Part shown: positions 30,216 to 40,157 of the stretch, one piece after another
How positions within the stretch are numbered: the stretch's first letter is position 1
How the letters are laid out: each line of letters opens with the position of its first letter
DNA from: Armatimonadota bacterium
GTDB taxonomy: Bacteria; Armatimonadota; UBA5829; DTLH01
Length of the DNA stretch: 64,000 bases
Assembly (NCBI GenBank): GCA_039679675.1
Contig: JBDKUN010000003.1
Coordinates: forward strand, 28,089 to 92,088
Direction: 5' to 3'
Position numbers and translations under genes: made by a program
Notes under the pieces: model-generated
The model's input: only the letters and a program-made list of their open reading frames with translations
Databases searched by the model: none
Told to the model about the DNA's origin: nothing

Positions 30216-31870
30216 CATCAGGACGGGATGCGAATGATCCTTTGGTAGTTTCCGATGACCTCGCTGTGGCTGACAGGTTGAGCATCATAGATAGGCTGCT
30301 TGAGATCAGCGATGTGATAATAAGCGAAATGGATCTATCCAGCGCACTTCAGATGGTGGCGGAGTGTGCGGCGGACGCCGTCAAAGCCGAATCGACCGCC
30401 GTGGGTCTGATCGACTGGAGTACCAAGGAGCTTCATTACGTTCAAGGGTTCGGCGTATTTGCAGACAAAATCACCGGTGTAAGGACCCCGCTCACGAAAA
30501 GTATCCGCACCCTGGTTTCGAAAAGCGGAAAGCCTGTAGTCATAAACGATGTTGCCGCCGACGAGAGGGTTCCTCAGCGTGTAATAACCGAATGGGGGAT
30601 TCGCTCGCTCCTCGTTGTTCCCTTGAAGGTGCGAAAGAAAGTCATCGGCGCGCTTCTGGCTGCAAACCGCCACGGCGGGCCGTTCGCGGTCCGGGACCTG
30701 CGGGCATTCGAAACCATAGCTAACCATGGGGCCGCCGCAGTCGCCCACGCGGACCTCCACACGAGGGCAAGGACGGCTTTTTTACAACTGGAGAAAGAAA
30801 AGACCAAGATCGAAGCGGTACTTGCTCAACTCGGGGACGGTGTCGTAGTCAGTGATGCCCGAAACAGGGTGATAATGGTAAACAGCACCGCCGGAAAGAT
30901 CATTGGGCTGGCGCATGAAGACATTCTTGGAAGAAATCTGGTAGATATTCACCCGAAACCTTTCCGGCCGGAAGTCAGGGCTATTCTGGAGCAGCTATCC
31001 CGTTCAAAACCGGCTGCCGGATTGTTCTGGGAGCAGAATATTAATCTGCCCGACGGAAAAGTGGTCCATATCAATATGCGCCCGGTATTTCTGAAAAGCG
31101 GAGTATTTGTGGGGATAGCATCGCTCCTGCAGGACATAACCGATAGCGTAGCTCTCGATGAAGCGAAGACGGAGTTCATATCGACAGTTGCCCATGAGCT
31201 CAGGACGCCGCTCACATCGCTCAAGGGGTCGCTGGGACTGGCCCTCGGCGGGGCGGTCGGAGAGATCAACCCAGGGCTGCGCACGATGCTCGGTGTCGCG
31301 GAGAACAGCTGCAACAAGCTCATACGGCTGGTAGACGATATGCTCGATATGGCAAAGATCGAGGCCGGGCATCTGAGTCTTGAGATGGACATTATCTCCG
31401 TTCAGGAACGAGTGAAGAGCGCTGTCGACCGGATGCGCCAGTTTGCAAGCGAGCGGCAGGTGTGCCTTTCTGTTAAAGTAACTGGCCGCCAGCACAAGGT
31501 AATCGGCGATGGAGACAGGATAGAGCAGGTCGTGATAAATCTGCTCTCGAATGCCATAAAATTTTCGCCTGCAGGGGCTTCCGTAGAAGTCACGGTCGGC
31601 CGTAAAGGCAGCTGCGTGAAGGTCAGCGTGACCGACCACGGGCCGGGGATCGCGCCCGCCGAGCAGAAGAAGATATTCGAAAAGTTCTATCGGGCAGCGG
31701 GACAGGACCAACCGAAGACAAACAGCAGCGGGCTCGGGCTTTCTATCAGCAAAGGGATTATCGAGCAGCACGGCAGCAGGATAAGTGTGAAAAGTGCTCC
31801 CGGAAAGGGCAGTACATTCAGCTTTGCGCTGTCTATACCTGGTGAGGAACCATGTTTATCGAATGAATGA
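30212..31870 (+). CDS. Cytoplasmic GAF-PAS histidine kinase
   Basis: GAF, PAS, HELRTPL, NLLSNAIKF, DHGPGI, GLGLSI; no TM segments. Confidence 0.93.
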   Translation: MTSGRDANDPLVVSDDLAVADRLSIIDRLLEISDVIISEMDLSSALQMVAECAADAVKAESTAVGLIDWSTKELHYVQGFGVFADKITGVRTPLTKSIRTLVSKSGKPVVINDVAADERVPQRVITEWGIRSLLVVPLKVRKKVIGALLAANRHGGPFAVRDLRAFETIANHGAAAVAHADLHTRARTAFLQLEKEKTKIEAVLAQLGDGVVVSDARNRVIMVNSTAGKIIGLAHEDILGRNLVDIHPKPFRPEVRAILEQLSRSKPAAGLFWEQNINLPDGKVVHINMRPVFLKSGVFVGIASLLQDITDSVALDEAKTEFISTVAHELRTPLTSLKGSLGLALGGAVGEINPGLRTMLGVAENSCNKLIRLVDDMLDMAKIEAGHLSLEMDIISVQERVKSAVDRMRQFASERQVCLSVKVTGRQHKVIGDGDRIEQVVINLLSNAIKFSPAGASVEVTVGRKGSCVKVSVTDHGPGIAPAEQKKIFEKFYRAAGQDQPKTNSSGLGLSISKGIIEQHGSRISVKSAPGKGSTFSFALSIPGEEPCLSNE

Positions 31871-32219
31871 GATGAGCGAAGAGAAATTTGGAGTAAACAG
31901 CGATTGGCTGATGGATGTGCGGCGGATTTACCTCGCTGGGGCATCGAGAAAGCTGGCCGAGTTGGAGCGGGCGATACTTGGGCTCGAAATGAACCCTGCC
32001 AGCCACGCCCACGAGCGCCGGCTGCGGCAGCTGCTGCATAATCTCATCGGTTCCGGGGCTTCTTATGGATACCCGGCTGTTACGGAGACTGCCAGGGAAA
32101 TGTCCGGCTGCCTGAAACGGCGGCGGGATGACCAGTCCGCCGCGGACTCAGAGATACTGGCCGACCTTCGCGCACTACTTGGCAATCTGCGAAGGATCTT
32201 CAGCGACGCTGACGCCTGA
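31863..32219 (+). CDS. Stand-alone Hpt phosphotransfer protein
   Basis: LLHNLIGSGASYGY Hpt motif; overlaps the kinase stop. Confidence 0.8.
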   Translation: MNEMSEEKFGVNSDWLMDVRRIYLAGASRKLAELERAILGLEMNPASHAHERRLRQLLHNLIGSGASYGYPAVTETAREMSGCLKRRRDDQSAADSEILADLRALLGNLRRIFSDADA

Positions 32220-33398
32220 AAGCCGGAGAAACTGCCCCATGTCCACCGGCATAGGAATGAGCTTCAACCGCATTTGGACCGTCTCGGTCCCGCGCAGCAC
32301 TTCGATGGATACCATCTGCCCCGGACGCTGCCGGGCCAGGATGTGTGCGAGACTGTCCGATGAGCTCACCTGTTCACCTGCAAAGTTCAGCACTGTGTCA
32401 CCTGGTTCTATCCCCCGCCTGCTTGCGGGTGTGGCAGGATATACTTTGCTTACCCGCACCATTCCGCCTGAGTCATACGCCGCAAACCCTGCCCAGGGCG
32501 TCTCGTAGTTTTTCAAAAACTCTCTTATATCTACACCAGTCGCTCTTCTCACGGCATGGTTAAGCCCCGCTCCGCCCGGAGCAGGCTCTTTGGAGAGCTC
32601 CTTCATGATCCGCTTTACCGTATCATCCCCGTACCTGTTCGTAAGCTCGACTATGAGCCCTGCAGCGGCATCGTACCAGTCAGGATCATCTTTGTCACAG
32701 TTCGCCCACGAGAGCAGGCGTTCTCTTACGGTGTTGAGTTCAGGGTAGAGATTTCCCGGCATCGGTTGTCCGAGAAGATACTGAGCGTAATCGGACGTCC
32801 CGTCACGGAACCACCTTGCGCCGGTAGGGACACAGAAAGGCCCGGTGTAGAGATCGGCGAGCACCAGGCCGGACCGCTTTCGAGGGGCGATCATAGAGGC
32901 TTCGGTCATCTCGTGCGCTATGATATGGGACCATCGCATGTTCGGCCCTGTTTTGCTCACAGGTACCGGAAAAGTCAGCTTTCTATTTCGTCCGAGCTTG
33001 ACGGAATACCTGTATCCGCCCGCTTTCGGCTCTATCCTGACCAGCTTGAGCACAAGATCAAAGCTCCACTCGATCCCAAGCCTGTCTTTAATGAACGGAT
33101 AAGCCTTGTCGAACTGCCCGGCAAGCTCTTTCGCAGCCACATCGAGCCCTTTGGGATATTCGACCGTAACATGTCCCCGAACGACCTTATCTTCGTAGGT
33201 CTCCTGCTCCATCAACCGGCGCATATCGGTCTTGCCGCTGCCGGTAGTCATTGTCATAACGCTTTTGACAAGTCTCAGGTGGATGTTATGGTACTGCAGC
33301 GACGAGCAGAGACGCCCGGCAGGTTTGCAGCCTGCGAGGAGCATCACAGCAACAATTGCCAGGGGGATTGATTTTTTCACGAGTGCTTTCGCTGCCAC
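32175..33398 (-). CDS. Lipoprotein with degenerate gluzincin-like domain and C-terminal PDZ domain
   Basis: Lipobox LLAGC; IIAHEMTEA; RWFRDGTSDY; PDZ VSKVYPATPASRRGIEPGDTVL. Confidence 0.75.
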   Translation of the reverse strand: MAAKALVKKSIPLAIVAVMLLAGCKPAGRLCSSLQYHNIHLRLVKSVMTMTTGSGKTDMRRLMEQETYEDKVVRGHVTVEYPKGLDVAAKELAGQFDKAYPFIKDRLGIEWSFDLVLKLVRIEPKAGGYRYSVKLGRNRKLTFPVPVSKTGPNMRWSHIIAHEMTEASMIAPRKRSGLVLADLYTGPFCVPTGARWFRDGTSDYAQYLLGQPMPGNLYPELNTVRERLLSWANCDKDDPDWYDAAAGLIVELTNRYGDDTVKRIMKELSKEPAPGGAGLNHAVRRATGVDIREFLKNYETPWAGFAAYDSGGMVRVSKVYPATPASRRGIEPGDTVLNFAGEQVSSSDSLAHILARQRPGQMVSIEVLRGTETVQMRLKLIPMPVDMGQFLRLSGVSVAEDPSQIAK

Positions 33399-33408
33399 TG
33401 ACTGCTAA

Positions 33409-33912
33409 TTACTTATTCTCAAGCTCTTCCACGCCGCGTACTTCGAGCCGGGCTACGGTGAAAGCATGACCGATGTCGCGAAGCGCAAAAAACCCGCCTG
33501 CGAAGACAAGGATCATAGCAATCATAAACAGACCCAATGAAAGACTGATCGGTATTTTTATCGCGTCTATAAATCTGCCGCCGATGATGAGCGAAGATAA
33601 GACAAACAGCATGATCGACACATAAAGGCTGACGATGGAGTTTCTGACCATCTTTGCCCTGAGCAAGATCGCATCTATCTGTTCAACTACGTTCGCGAGT
33701 CGCTGCTCCGAGGGTTGTTCTGAGTGTTTCAGGTCTCTTCGCTCATCGTTCAAAGCGCGGAGTCTATCGATAAGCTGTGAATACTTATTCTGCAGAGCGA
33801 GAATAACGAGTGCGCTGGCGTTGATCATAACCGCTGGGGCAAGTATTCCGCTTATTGCCTGCGAGACCTGCGCCACATCCTTTATATTACCTGGTTGCAA
33901 CTTTGCCTCCAC
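33409..33912 (-). CDS. DUF2721-like membrane protein
   Basis: ILAPAVMINASAL...KYSQLIDRLR; three hydrophobic helices. Confidence 0.7.
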   Translation of the reverse strand: MEAKLQPGNIKDVAQVSQAISGILAPAVMINASALVILALQNKYSQLIDRLRALNDERRDLKHSEQPSEQRLANVVEQIDAILLRAKMVRNSIVSLYVSIMLFVLSSLIIGGRFIDAIKIPISLSLGLFMIAMILVFAGGFFALRDIGHAFTVARLEVRGVEELENK

Positions 33913-33942
33913 ATAAAGATTAGTATTGCTGATAACGATAAT

Positions 33943-34329
33943 TCATCGTTTACTGCCTGTTTCAACCTTACGCCAGCTTCTGCCTCCGGCCAGTTCTGTC
34001 AGCCGTTTACGTTCTGCAAGGTCGCGTCTGTCTTTTTCCAACATATCTTGGGTCACTTCAACTGTTGCGTCCATCTCTTCCGGCGGAACCTTATCGACTG
34101 GGAAGGCGCTTTTGTGTCCTGTCCAGCCTCTTTTTCTCATTTCGGTGACCTGTTCCTCGTGCCTCCGGTAAAGTGCGCCGAGTTTCCCCTTGAAGAACTG
34201 CGTCGCGGGGTGGTTATACCAGCCTCCGCCGCCGCAGATCAGCCCGTTTGCCATCACATGCAGCTCCAGATGCTCACCCAAAAGATGCCTATCGTCGAGT
34301 TCCTCGACGGGAACGAACCATATCCTCAT
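33943..34329 (-). CDS. Pyrimidine-dimer DNA glycosylase / T4 endonuclease V-like protein
   Basis: MRIW...LDDRHLLGEHLELH...NHPA...EMRKRG. Confidence 0.75.
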   Translation of the reverse strand: MRIWFVPVEELDDRHLLGEHLELHVMANGLICGGGGWYNHPATQFFKGKLGALYRRHEEQVTEMRKRGWTGHKSAFPVDKVPPEEMDATVEVTQDMLEKDRRDLAERKRLTELAGGRSWRKVETGSKR

Positions 34330-34494
34330 ATTTTATACTCCCAACTCAGCCTTAACGCAATATGTCCTGCCATAGAAGGGGAGGGGTCAGGGGATAGGGG
34401 ATACGCGGATGGTGGAAACCTGAAGTGCCTGAACAAGGTCCTCAAATCTCCACTGATCCATTCTTTATACGTCGGAACCGTATCGCAGATGCAT

Positions 34495-35211
34495 TTACTG
34501 GCGGCTGTCTCTGTAAGCCTTTTTCCGCCGGAAGCGTTTTTCGATCCTTCTTGCTACGTTTCCTTCTGTGGTTGTTCGATGGACGTCCAAAGTGATCTTG
34601 CCGATGTCGTAGTACATCCTGAGCCTTGCGGCAAACCCACGGATATAGCCCATCTTTTCTTCTTTCATCAGATGGGTGCAGCCGGTTAGCGTAACAGTAT
34701 CCATTCTCAAGCCGTTCGTTCGGAAATGCTTCGTAATTGCTACTTCCACTCCCGAACGAACGACTTGAATGTTGGGAATCTGAAGAAACAGGTGGCGCCG
34801 CAGCGCGCGCTGGCCCGAAATGTAGGGTGCGATGATCTGCGCGAGGTCGGTCAGGCTCCTGCCGCCTCTGAATACGCCGATGCACATGTCGGCTTCATTC
34901 TCTCTCACAGGCTTTACTATGAGGTCGATCTGTTCGCCTGTTATGCCGAGCAGGTCACCATCCAAAAACAGGACGACGTCTGCATTCGTCTCGATTGCTC
35001 CGGCATACATAGCACCGCCCTTGCCCACATTCTCCGGGAGGTCTATCGCATGGACTCCCGGATAGCGGCTGGCCACACCATATGTATCATCGGTCGAGCC
35101 GTCGTTGACTACAACTATCTCATCTACCTGCGTGGCACGGCTGAGCGATTCGAGCACGTAGCCAAGCCGGTCTTCTTCATTATACGCCGGTATTACTGCG
35201 GCAACCTTCAA
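34495..35211 (-). CDS. GT2 glycosyltransferase
   Basis: VIPAYNEE, VNDGSTD, GKGGA, FLDGD, SGQRA; probable TTG start at 35211. Confidence 0.9.
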   Translation of the reverse strand: MKVAAVIPAYNEEDRLGYVLESLSRATQVDEIVVVNDGSTDDTYGVASRYPGVHAIDLPENVGKGGAMYAGAIETNADVVLFLDGDLLGITGEQIDLIVKPVRENEADMCIGVFRGGRSLTDLAQIIAPYISGQRALRRHLFLQIPNIQVVRSGVEVAITKHFRTNGLRMDTVTLTGCTHLMKEEKMGYIRGFAARLRMYYDIGKITLDVHRTTTEGNVARRIEKRFRRKKAYRDSRQ

Positions 35212-35224
35212 TGCATTACCCCCG

Positions 35225-35956
35225 TCAGCGTCCCATCTGGCTCTTCTTCTCATTGAGATAGGCCTGGGCCCGCTCTATACGGTCTTCCGTCAAAGGGTGC
35301 GTACTCAGAAATGCAGGAGTTGACCCCTTGCCTACTTTCGCTTCAAGCACCCTGAAAAAGTCTATCAATCCCTCTGGATTATAGGGCGAATTAAATGTAT
35401 AGTCTATAGCCAGTTTATCTGCTTCATATTCCTGGCTTCTGCTCCATCTGAGCAGGTTAAGATTGGCAAAAAAGCTGACCCATTGGGTCGTATTCCCTTT
35501 GGTCAATGTGCCGATTGCAATTCCATATAGTTCCGACCGGCCCATTATCTGTGCGTGATGTCTCGCCTGAACGTGTCCAACTTCGTGAGCTATGACTCCT
35601 GCAAGCTCACTAACATTACCGCTGGTCGCATCGATAAGCCCTCTATCGACATAGATCCAGCCTCCCGGCAGTGAAAACGCATTGATTTCACTGATATCGA
35701 GGACCTTAAATGTGTAAGTGATCCCCTTCCGTGGAGTCGTCTGCCGAAGAATATTCTGCCCTATTGTATTGACAAGCTGATTTAGCCGAGGGTCGCGGCT
35801 GACTGGATATTGAGCCTCAACTTCAGCCGCAGCCTGACGGCCTATGGAAACCTCATCACTTGTCGATATGAGCTTCTCCGGCGGGCACCCGGTGAGCAGC
35901 ACGCTTGCCGCCACTGTGACCAGCAATATTACTATGTTCGCCACTTGCCGTTTCAT
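35225..35956 (-). CDS. M48 family metallopeptidase lipoprotein
   Basis: LLTGC lipobox, INAFSLPGG, HEVGH, EYEAD, STHP. Confidence 0.92.
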   Translation of the reverse strand: MKRQVANIVILLVTVAASVLLTGCPPEKLISTSDEVSIGRQAAAEVEAQYPVSRDPRLNQLVNTIGQNILRQTTPRKGITYTFKVLDISEINAFSLPGGWIYVDRGLIDATSGNVSELAGVIAHEVGHVQARHHAQIMGRSELYGIAIGTLTKGNTTQWVSFFANLNLLRWSRSQEYEADKLAIDYTFNSPYNPEGLIDFFRVLEAKVGKGSTPAFLSTHPLTEDRIERAQAYLNEKKSQMGR

Positions 35957-36359
35957 TACCTTCCGGCCTCCCATTCTTGGTTTGGCTGGAGAGCTCACTC
36001 ATGGCTTTCTCAACCTGCTCATAAACGGTATGCCAGGAGGATCCGGCTCGGTGCGCTGCACCGGAAGCGAATCCCTGAGAAAGCCTGGCAGCGGTTTCCA
36101 GCTTTCGGAGGCCTTTGTCCAGTTCCAGGCGGGCGGCTTCTGTCTGACCTTTCTTAATCAACTTTCTGGCGTGGTTTGTATAATCCCCCGCGAGTTTCAA
36201 CGCTGTCTGGTAATCCATCTCTTTCTTGGCCGATCCAACATCGATATTGGCCTGCTTTTCAACAGCGGCCAGCTCAAGATTGATCCGGTGGATCTGCCAG
36301 CTGTTAAAACACAGAAGTCCAAGTACAGCGACCAGAAAGAATGAGGTCAGGCATCTCAT
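35856..36359 (-). CDS. Hypothetical membrane-anchored helical protein
   Basis: N-terminal hydrophobic helix and SD (GAGGA); 3' end overlaps the M48 gene by about 100 nt. Confidence 0.55.
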   Translation of the reverse strand: MRCLTSFFLVAVLGLLCFNSWQIHRINLELAAVEKQANIDVGSAKKEMDYQTALKLAGDYTNHARKLIKKGQTEAARLELDKGLRKLETAARLSQGFASGAAHRAGSSWHTVYEQVEKAMSELSSQTKNGRPEGNETASGEHSNIAGHSGGKRAAHRVPAGEAHIDK

Positions 36360-36468
36360 AGCTATTCCTCTTACAGTCACGATAGCCCAAGCGCCTGTCG
36401 CCGCGGCCTCCTAAAACACTGTACCCTCGCATCAGCGGCGCGCAAACGACCGGCGTTTTGACTACGTC

Positions 36469-36497
36469 ATTATAGCAACCTCCGCCGTTGGGTGCAA
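36469..36497 (-). promoter_or_regulatory. sigma70-type promoter with extended -10
   Basis: TTGCAC-17-TATAAT with TGn. Confidence 0.65.
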
Positions 36498-36544
36498 ACC
36501 TGGAGGAAATCGTTGCAGCGAAACATTTGGGGCTTGCACTACAA

Positions 36545-36579
36545 AATTAAGGGACAGTCAGCTTGCCCGTCCCTTAATT
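36545..36579 (-). terminator. Probable terminator hairpin
   Basis: AATTAAGGGAC...GTCCCTTAATT; TTTT follows on the minus strand. Confidence 0.55.
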
Positions 36580-36624
36580 CCGCAATATAAAAATACGTTC
36601 TACTGCTCAGTCACCTAAACCGGG

Positions 36625-38625
36625 CTACCTTGTGATCTGTAGAAGAATTGTGCCGCTCGATTTGTTCACCGACATACTCCCGAAATGACTGCCCTTTCTG
36701 GCAAATATCTGTATGTCGCAGTTAGGAAGCCCTCGAAGAGTGAAGTTTCCTTTGGCATCAGTCTTGGTAGAAGCGATGGTTTCCATTCTCCATCCTTCTG
36801 CAGAGACCGTGGCATTTGCTACCGGCTTGCCTTTTGTGTCGATAATTTTGCCCTTCTGCACCCGTTTGGCAGGCTGCAGCCTGATCTCTATGATATTTGT
36901 TTCGGTTGTCCCGGTAGTGATCTTTGGCCGTTCTCCATTGTCGAAATATCCCGGCTTGGATACCGATATGTCATAAGCTGCTCCGGGTATCAAGTCTTTT
37001 ATAACCGCATATCCATTAGCATCAGCGAATATATTATCGGGTAAGCCGCTTGAGGGATCAGGATATGTAGTAATGTGATTAAATTCAGTGATCAAGCGCA
37101 GCCTTGCACCTGCTGCCGGCTTACCGGAAGGCAGTGTAACATGCACTTTAGCCGAGATCATAGGTTTTACAGTGATTACGATGTCGTTTGCATCGATGTT
37201 GGACTCGGCTACGTATTTTCGAACCCCTAAATTCCGTTCATTCTGCTTCACATTGAATGTGTAGCCAGCTTCGTCGAAAGCGGAAAAGTCGTCACGGTCA
37301 GCGGGAGATAATGTTATAGTGAACCTGCCGTCCGCACCGGTCAGTATGGGAGAGCTACCGTAAGTGTCGAACGAGACGGACGCACTCTCTACCGGATTGC
37401 CGTCTTCGTCCACGACACGCCCCTTAGCGACAGCAACCTTTTTAAGCCTGATTGTCACACCGGATAAGCTGGTTTTGGGAACGATGATCTCTTCATAGTC
37501 TTTTTCACCGACATAACCGGTCGGTGCTTCAAAGATGATCAGAGAGTTCCTTCCTATCGGAACATGAGCCTTGAAACTGCCGTTTGCATCTGTCGTTACG
37601 CAATCTTCGCCTGTTGCCGAGACATCTCTATTATACAAGACGCTTTGTGATATAGTCACCGTAACCCCTTCAGCTGGCTTACCGCTGTCGCCGTATATCA
37701 CTTTGCCCGTTACTTCGGCTGTGGCAAGTGCCTTGATGGCAGGAACCTGTGTGGTCTGTGCCGCCTTCACTTCGACTGTGCCAGCAGTAATAAATATACG
37801 CCCGGAAGAGTAAACGCGGATGTACCATTTTCCTGGTGTAAGGTCTTCCAGTAGGAATTGTCCATTCGCGTCGGTAGTTGTTGAATTTGGATAATCTCTT
37901 ATCTTTCGTTCTGCTGTCACTTTGGCGTCCTTCAAAGGTTTTCCGTCGGCATCCAAAACTTGCCCCGCGATTTTTCCCGCAGGAACTAGGACAATTTTCA
38001 GGCTAGATTGATCCACGGAGAGATTTTTGGCAACAAAGCCCTTCTTGTTTGGCGTCAGAAGGACGTTGGTGCCCTCCGCCACGTCTATGATTATGTATGT
38101 GCCGTCTTTACCTGTGGTGATTTCTGTCGGGATGTCCAATAGCTTTATCACTTCGGCGGGCAGGTAACTGCGCATCGGATAATCGCCTCGAACCATAAGT
38201 CCGTTGTATTTAATGGAGACATTCGCAATCGGTTGGCCCTTCTGATCCACCACACTGCCGAATTTCGTGGTAACCGGCCGGGCTATAAGGGAAATGGGAT
38301 TGTTCGTTTTTGGCATATCCGGCGACAGCATCGTCCAGCCGAGGTATCTGCCGGGAATATAAGCGACTATGAAGCGGCATTGGTTATTGCTGAGGTCAGG
38401 AAGCTCGCCCAGTGAATATTTGCCATCGGCACACGACACTGTTGATGTCTCCGTCTTTGTCGTATAAGGCTGTCCTTCTTCTCCGGTAATTAAGAACGAG
38501 AAAATCCTGATGCCTGAGACGGGGTTCTTTTTCTGGTCTGTCAGCACCCCGGTGACAGCGGCAGCTTGAAGCCCCGCACAGGATAAGATGAGCAAAAGTA
38601 GGGTCAAACAATAGCTTCTTCTCAC
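36625..38625 (-). CDS. Secreted protein with repeated carboxypeptidase-regulatory-like (CnaB/transthyretin-type) beta domains
   Basis: Signal peptide; repeated G.V.D..G.P...A.V and TDA.G.F motifs. Confidence 0.8.
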   Translation of the reverse strand: MRRSYCLTLLLLILSCAGLQAAAVTGVLTDQKKNPVSGIRIFSFLITGEEGQPYTTKTETSTVSCADGKYSLGELPDLSNNQCRFIVAYIPGRYLGWTMLSPDMPKTNNPISLIARPVTTKFGSVVDQKGQPIANVSIKYNGLMVRGDYPMRSYLPAEVIKLLDIPTEITTGKDGTYIIIDVAEGTNVLLTPNKKGFVAKNLSVDQSSLKIVLVPAGKIAGQVLDADGKPLKDAKVTAERKIRDYPNSTTTDANGQFLLEDLTPGKWYIRVYSSGRIFITAGTVEVKAAQTTQVPAIKALATAEVTGKVIYGDSGKPAEGVTVTISQSVLYNRDVSATGEDCVTTDANGSFKAHVPIGRNSLIIFEAPTGYVGEKDYEEIIVPKTSLSGVTIRLKKVAVAKGRVVDEDGNPVESASVSFDTYGSSPILTGADGRFTITLSPADRDDFSAFDEAGYTFNVKQNERNLGVRKYVAESNIDANDIVITVKPMISAKVHVTLPSGKPAAGARLRLITEFNHITTYPDPSSGLPDNIFADANGYAVIKDLIPGAAYDISVSKPGYFDNGERPKITTGTTETNIIEIRLQPAKRVQKGKIIDTKGKPVANATVSAEGWRMETIASTKTDAKGNFTLRGLPNCDIQIFARKGSHFGSMSVNKSSGTILLQITR

Positions 38626-38909
38626 AACAAACCTCCGGCAAACATTATTTATTCAGAACTTCCTCATATACGCCGGAAATTCCTGCATAGACCATGCTTA
38701 TTGGGGTTTCGGATGAGCGGAAGTGCCTATATGCTGTAATTCTGGTGATTGTTTTTGTAGTTGGAGGTGATTTTGTGAGGCGGAAATGTAGGAATAATTG
38801 CCTCGTAGGTGTGATATAATCCGTAGAAAGCTTTGTTGAGAGAGCTGGATTAGTTGTTACCTTACGCGATGGTTTGAACTATAGATCAAGAGTATCTGGA
38901 GAATCGAAA

Positions 38910-39956
38910 ATGAGCAAAATTACACGCTTAGCTCGCGACAATGTTAATCTGGACATCCTAGACCTTTTTGATAAGCTTGCTCGCGATGCAGAGCTTTCCT
39001 TAACAGATGAATCTTGCTCTGAAGAGTTTGTAGAACGTATACGTGTTGGATTTGAAGCTACCAAATCACATGAAGCGACATTGTATGGACGCCGAGCGGA
39101 ATCAATGTTTGGATATGTTGCTGCATCTTTAGGGCAATGTAGCTTGATTAAGAAAGAAGATGCAGGCGAGATATATGTAGATGATATGGATGTTTTGGTG
39201 CCTGATTATCGCATACATTTAAAAGACAACAAAATGTTTTTTGTTGAAGTAAAAAATGTCCATGCATCATCAGCGACATTTAAATGGTCATGCAAAGCAG
39301 AAATAATAGAAAAACTAGTAAAATACGCACAAATATTTAATACGGAGTGTAAGATTGCGCTTTACTGGTCACGCTGGAATCATTGGATGCTATTTCCCAT
39401 AGATAAATTGCACCTAAATGGACAGGGTAAATGCGAAATTAGTTTTGCTGAGGCTGCAAAGGCTAGTGAGATGTCTATACTAGGTGATGTTATGTTAGGT
39501 ACTACTCCGCCACTCTCAATTCGATTTCAAGCCGACCAAACAAAGCCTAGATATGTGGATAATGATGGAAAGTGTCAGTTCACAATCAGTGGCATTGATT
39601 TATATTGTGGTAGTAAGTTAATCCGTGATTCCGCGGAATGTCAACTGGCTTTCTACTTAATATTATTCGGTGATTGGCCTATCGGTGAACCAACCGCTCA
39701 TATTGAAAGTAGCAATCTGAGCTATATAGAGCTTGTCGCGGCTCCAGAGAAAACAGTACCAAACCAGGGTTTTGAGATTATAGGCTCACTCAGCAAGATA
39801 ATCTCCTCTCAATATCGTAATCTAACAGCAGAGGATAAACAATTGATCAGACTCAGTCCTTCTGCTCAACCAGGGTCTTTGGGTATTTTTATTCCTGCGT
39901 CATATAAAGGCATAGACCTTAAGCTATGGCAGTTCCACGTAACGCCATCCTTATGA
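38910..39956 (+). CDS. Orphan PD-(D/E)XK restriction-endonuclease-like protein
   Basis: GRRAESMF helix, then VPDY...FVEVKN; visibly AT-richer than flanks. Confidence 0.7.
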   Translation: MSKITRLARDNVNLDILDLFDKLARDAELSLTDESCSEEFVERIRVGFEATKSHEATLYGRRAESMFGYVAASLGQCSLIKKEDAGEIYVDDMDVLVPDYRIHLKDNKMFFVEVKNVHASSATFKWSCKAEIIEKLVKYAQIFNTECKIALYWSRWNHWMLFPIDKLHLNGQGKCEISFAEAAKASEMSILGDVMLGTTPPLSIRFQADQTKPRYVDNDGKCQFTISGIDLYCGSKLIRDSAECQLAFYLILFGDWPIGEPTAHIESSNLSYIELVAAPEKTVPNQGFEIIGSLSKIISSQYRNLTAEDKQLIRLSPSAQPGSLGIFIPASYKGIDLKLWQFHVTPSL

Positions 39957-40157
39957 TACTCACCGTGATAATAGTGAGTGTCTGGATTCGTTCAATCCCT
40001 TCCCTTACAGCCCCCTTATCCGCCCCTTGTAATTCTTCTGTAGCGCTTCGTTGTATTCGTCGCTGCCGTCGAGGTTCGCGCTGCGAGGTTGCTGTCTCCT
40101 GCAGAAATCGTTAATCACCGAAACCTGGTATAATTAATGCGTTTTGAGGGGGTTACA

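Noticed and set aside
35856..35956. Programmed frameshift or fusion at the ~100-nt gene overlap
   Set aside because: No slippery site was seen and the M48 gene has its own SD and signal peptide; simple stop-codon drift is sufficient.
36360..36468. Possible riboswitch in a ~105-nt leader
   Set aside because: Only a fragmentary resemblance to the ZTP 3' motif; no complete aptamer could be built.
40005..40118. 37-aa minus-strand ORF (MINDFCRRQQ...KGRIRGL) next to the nuclease gene
   Set aside because: No RBS or recognisable family; may be a gene remnant but cannot be supported.
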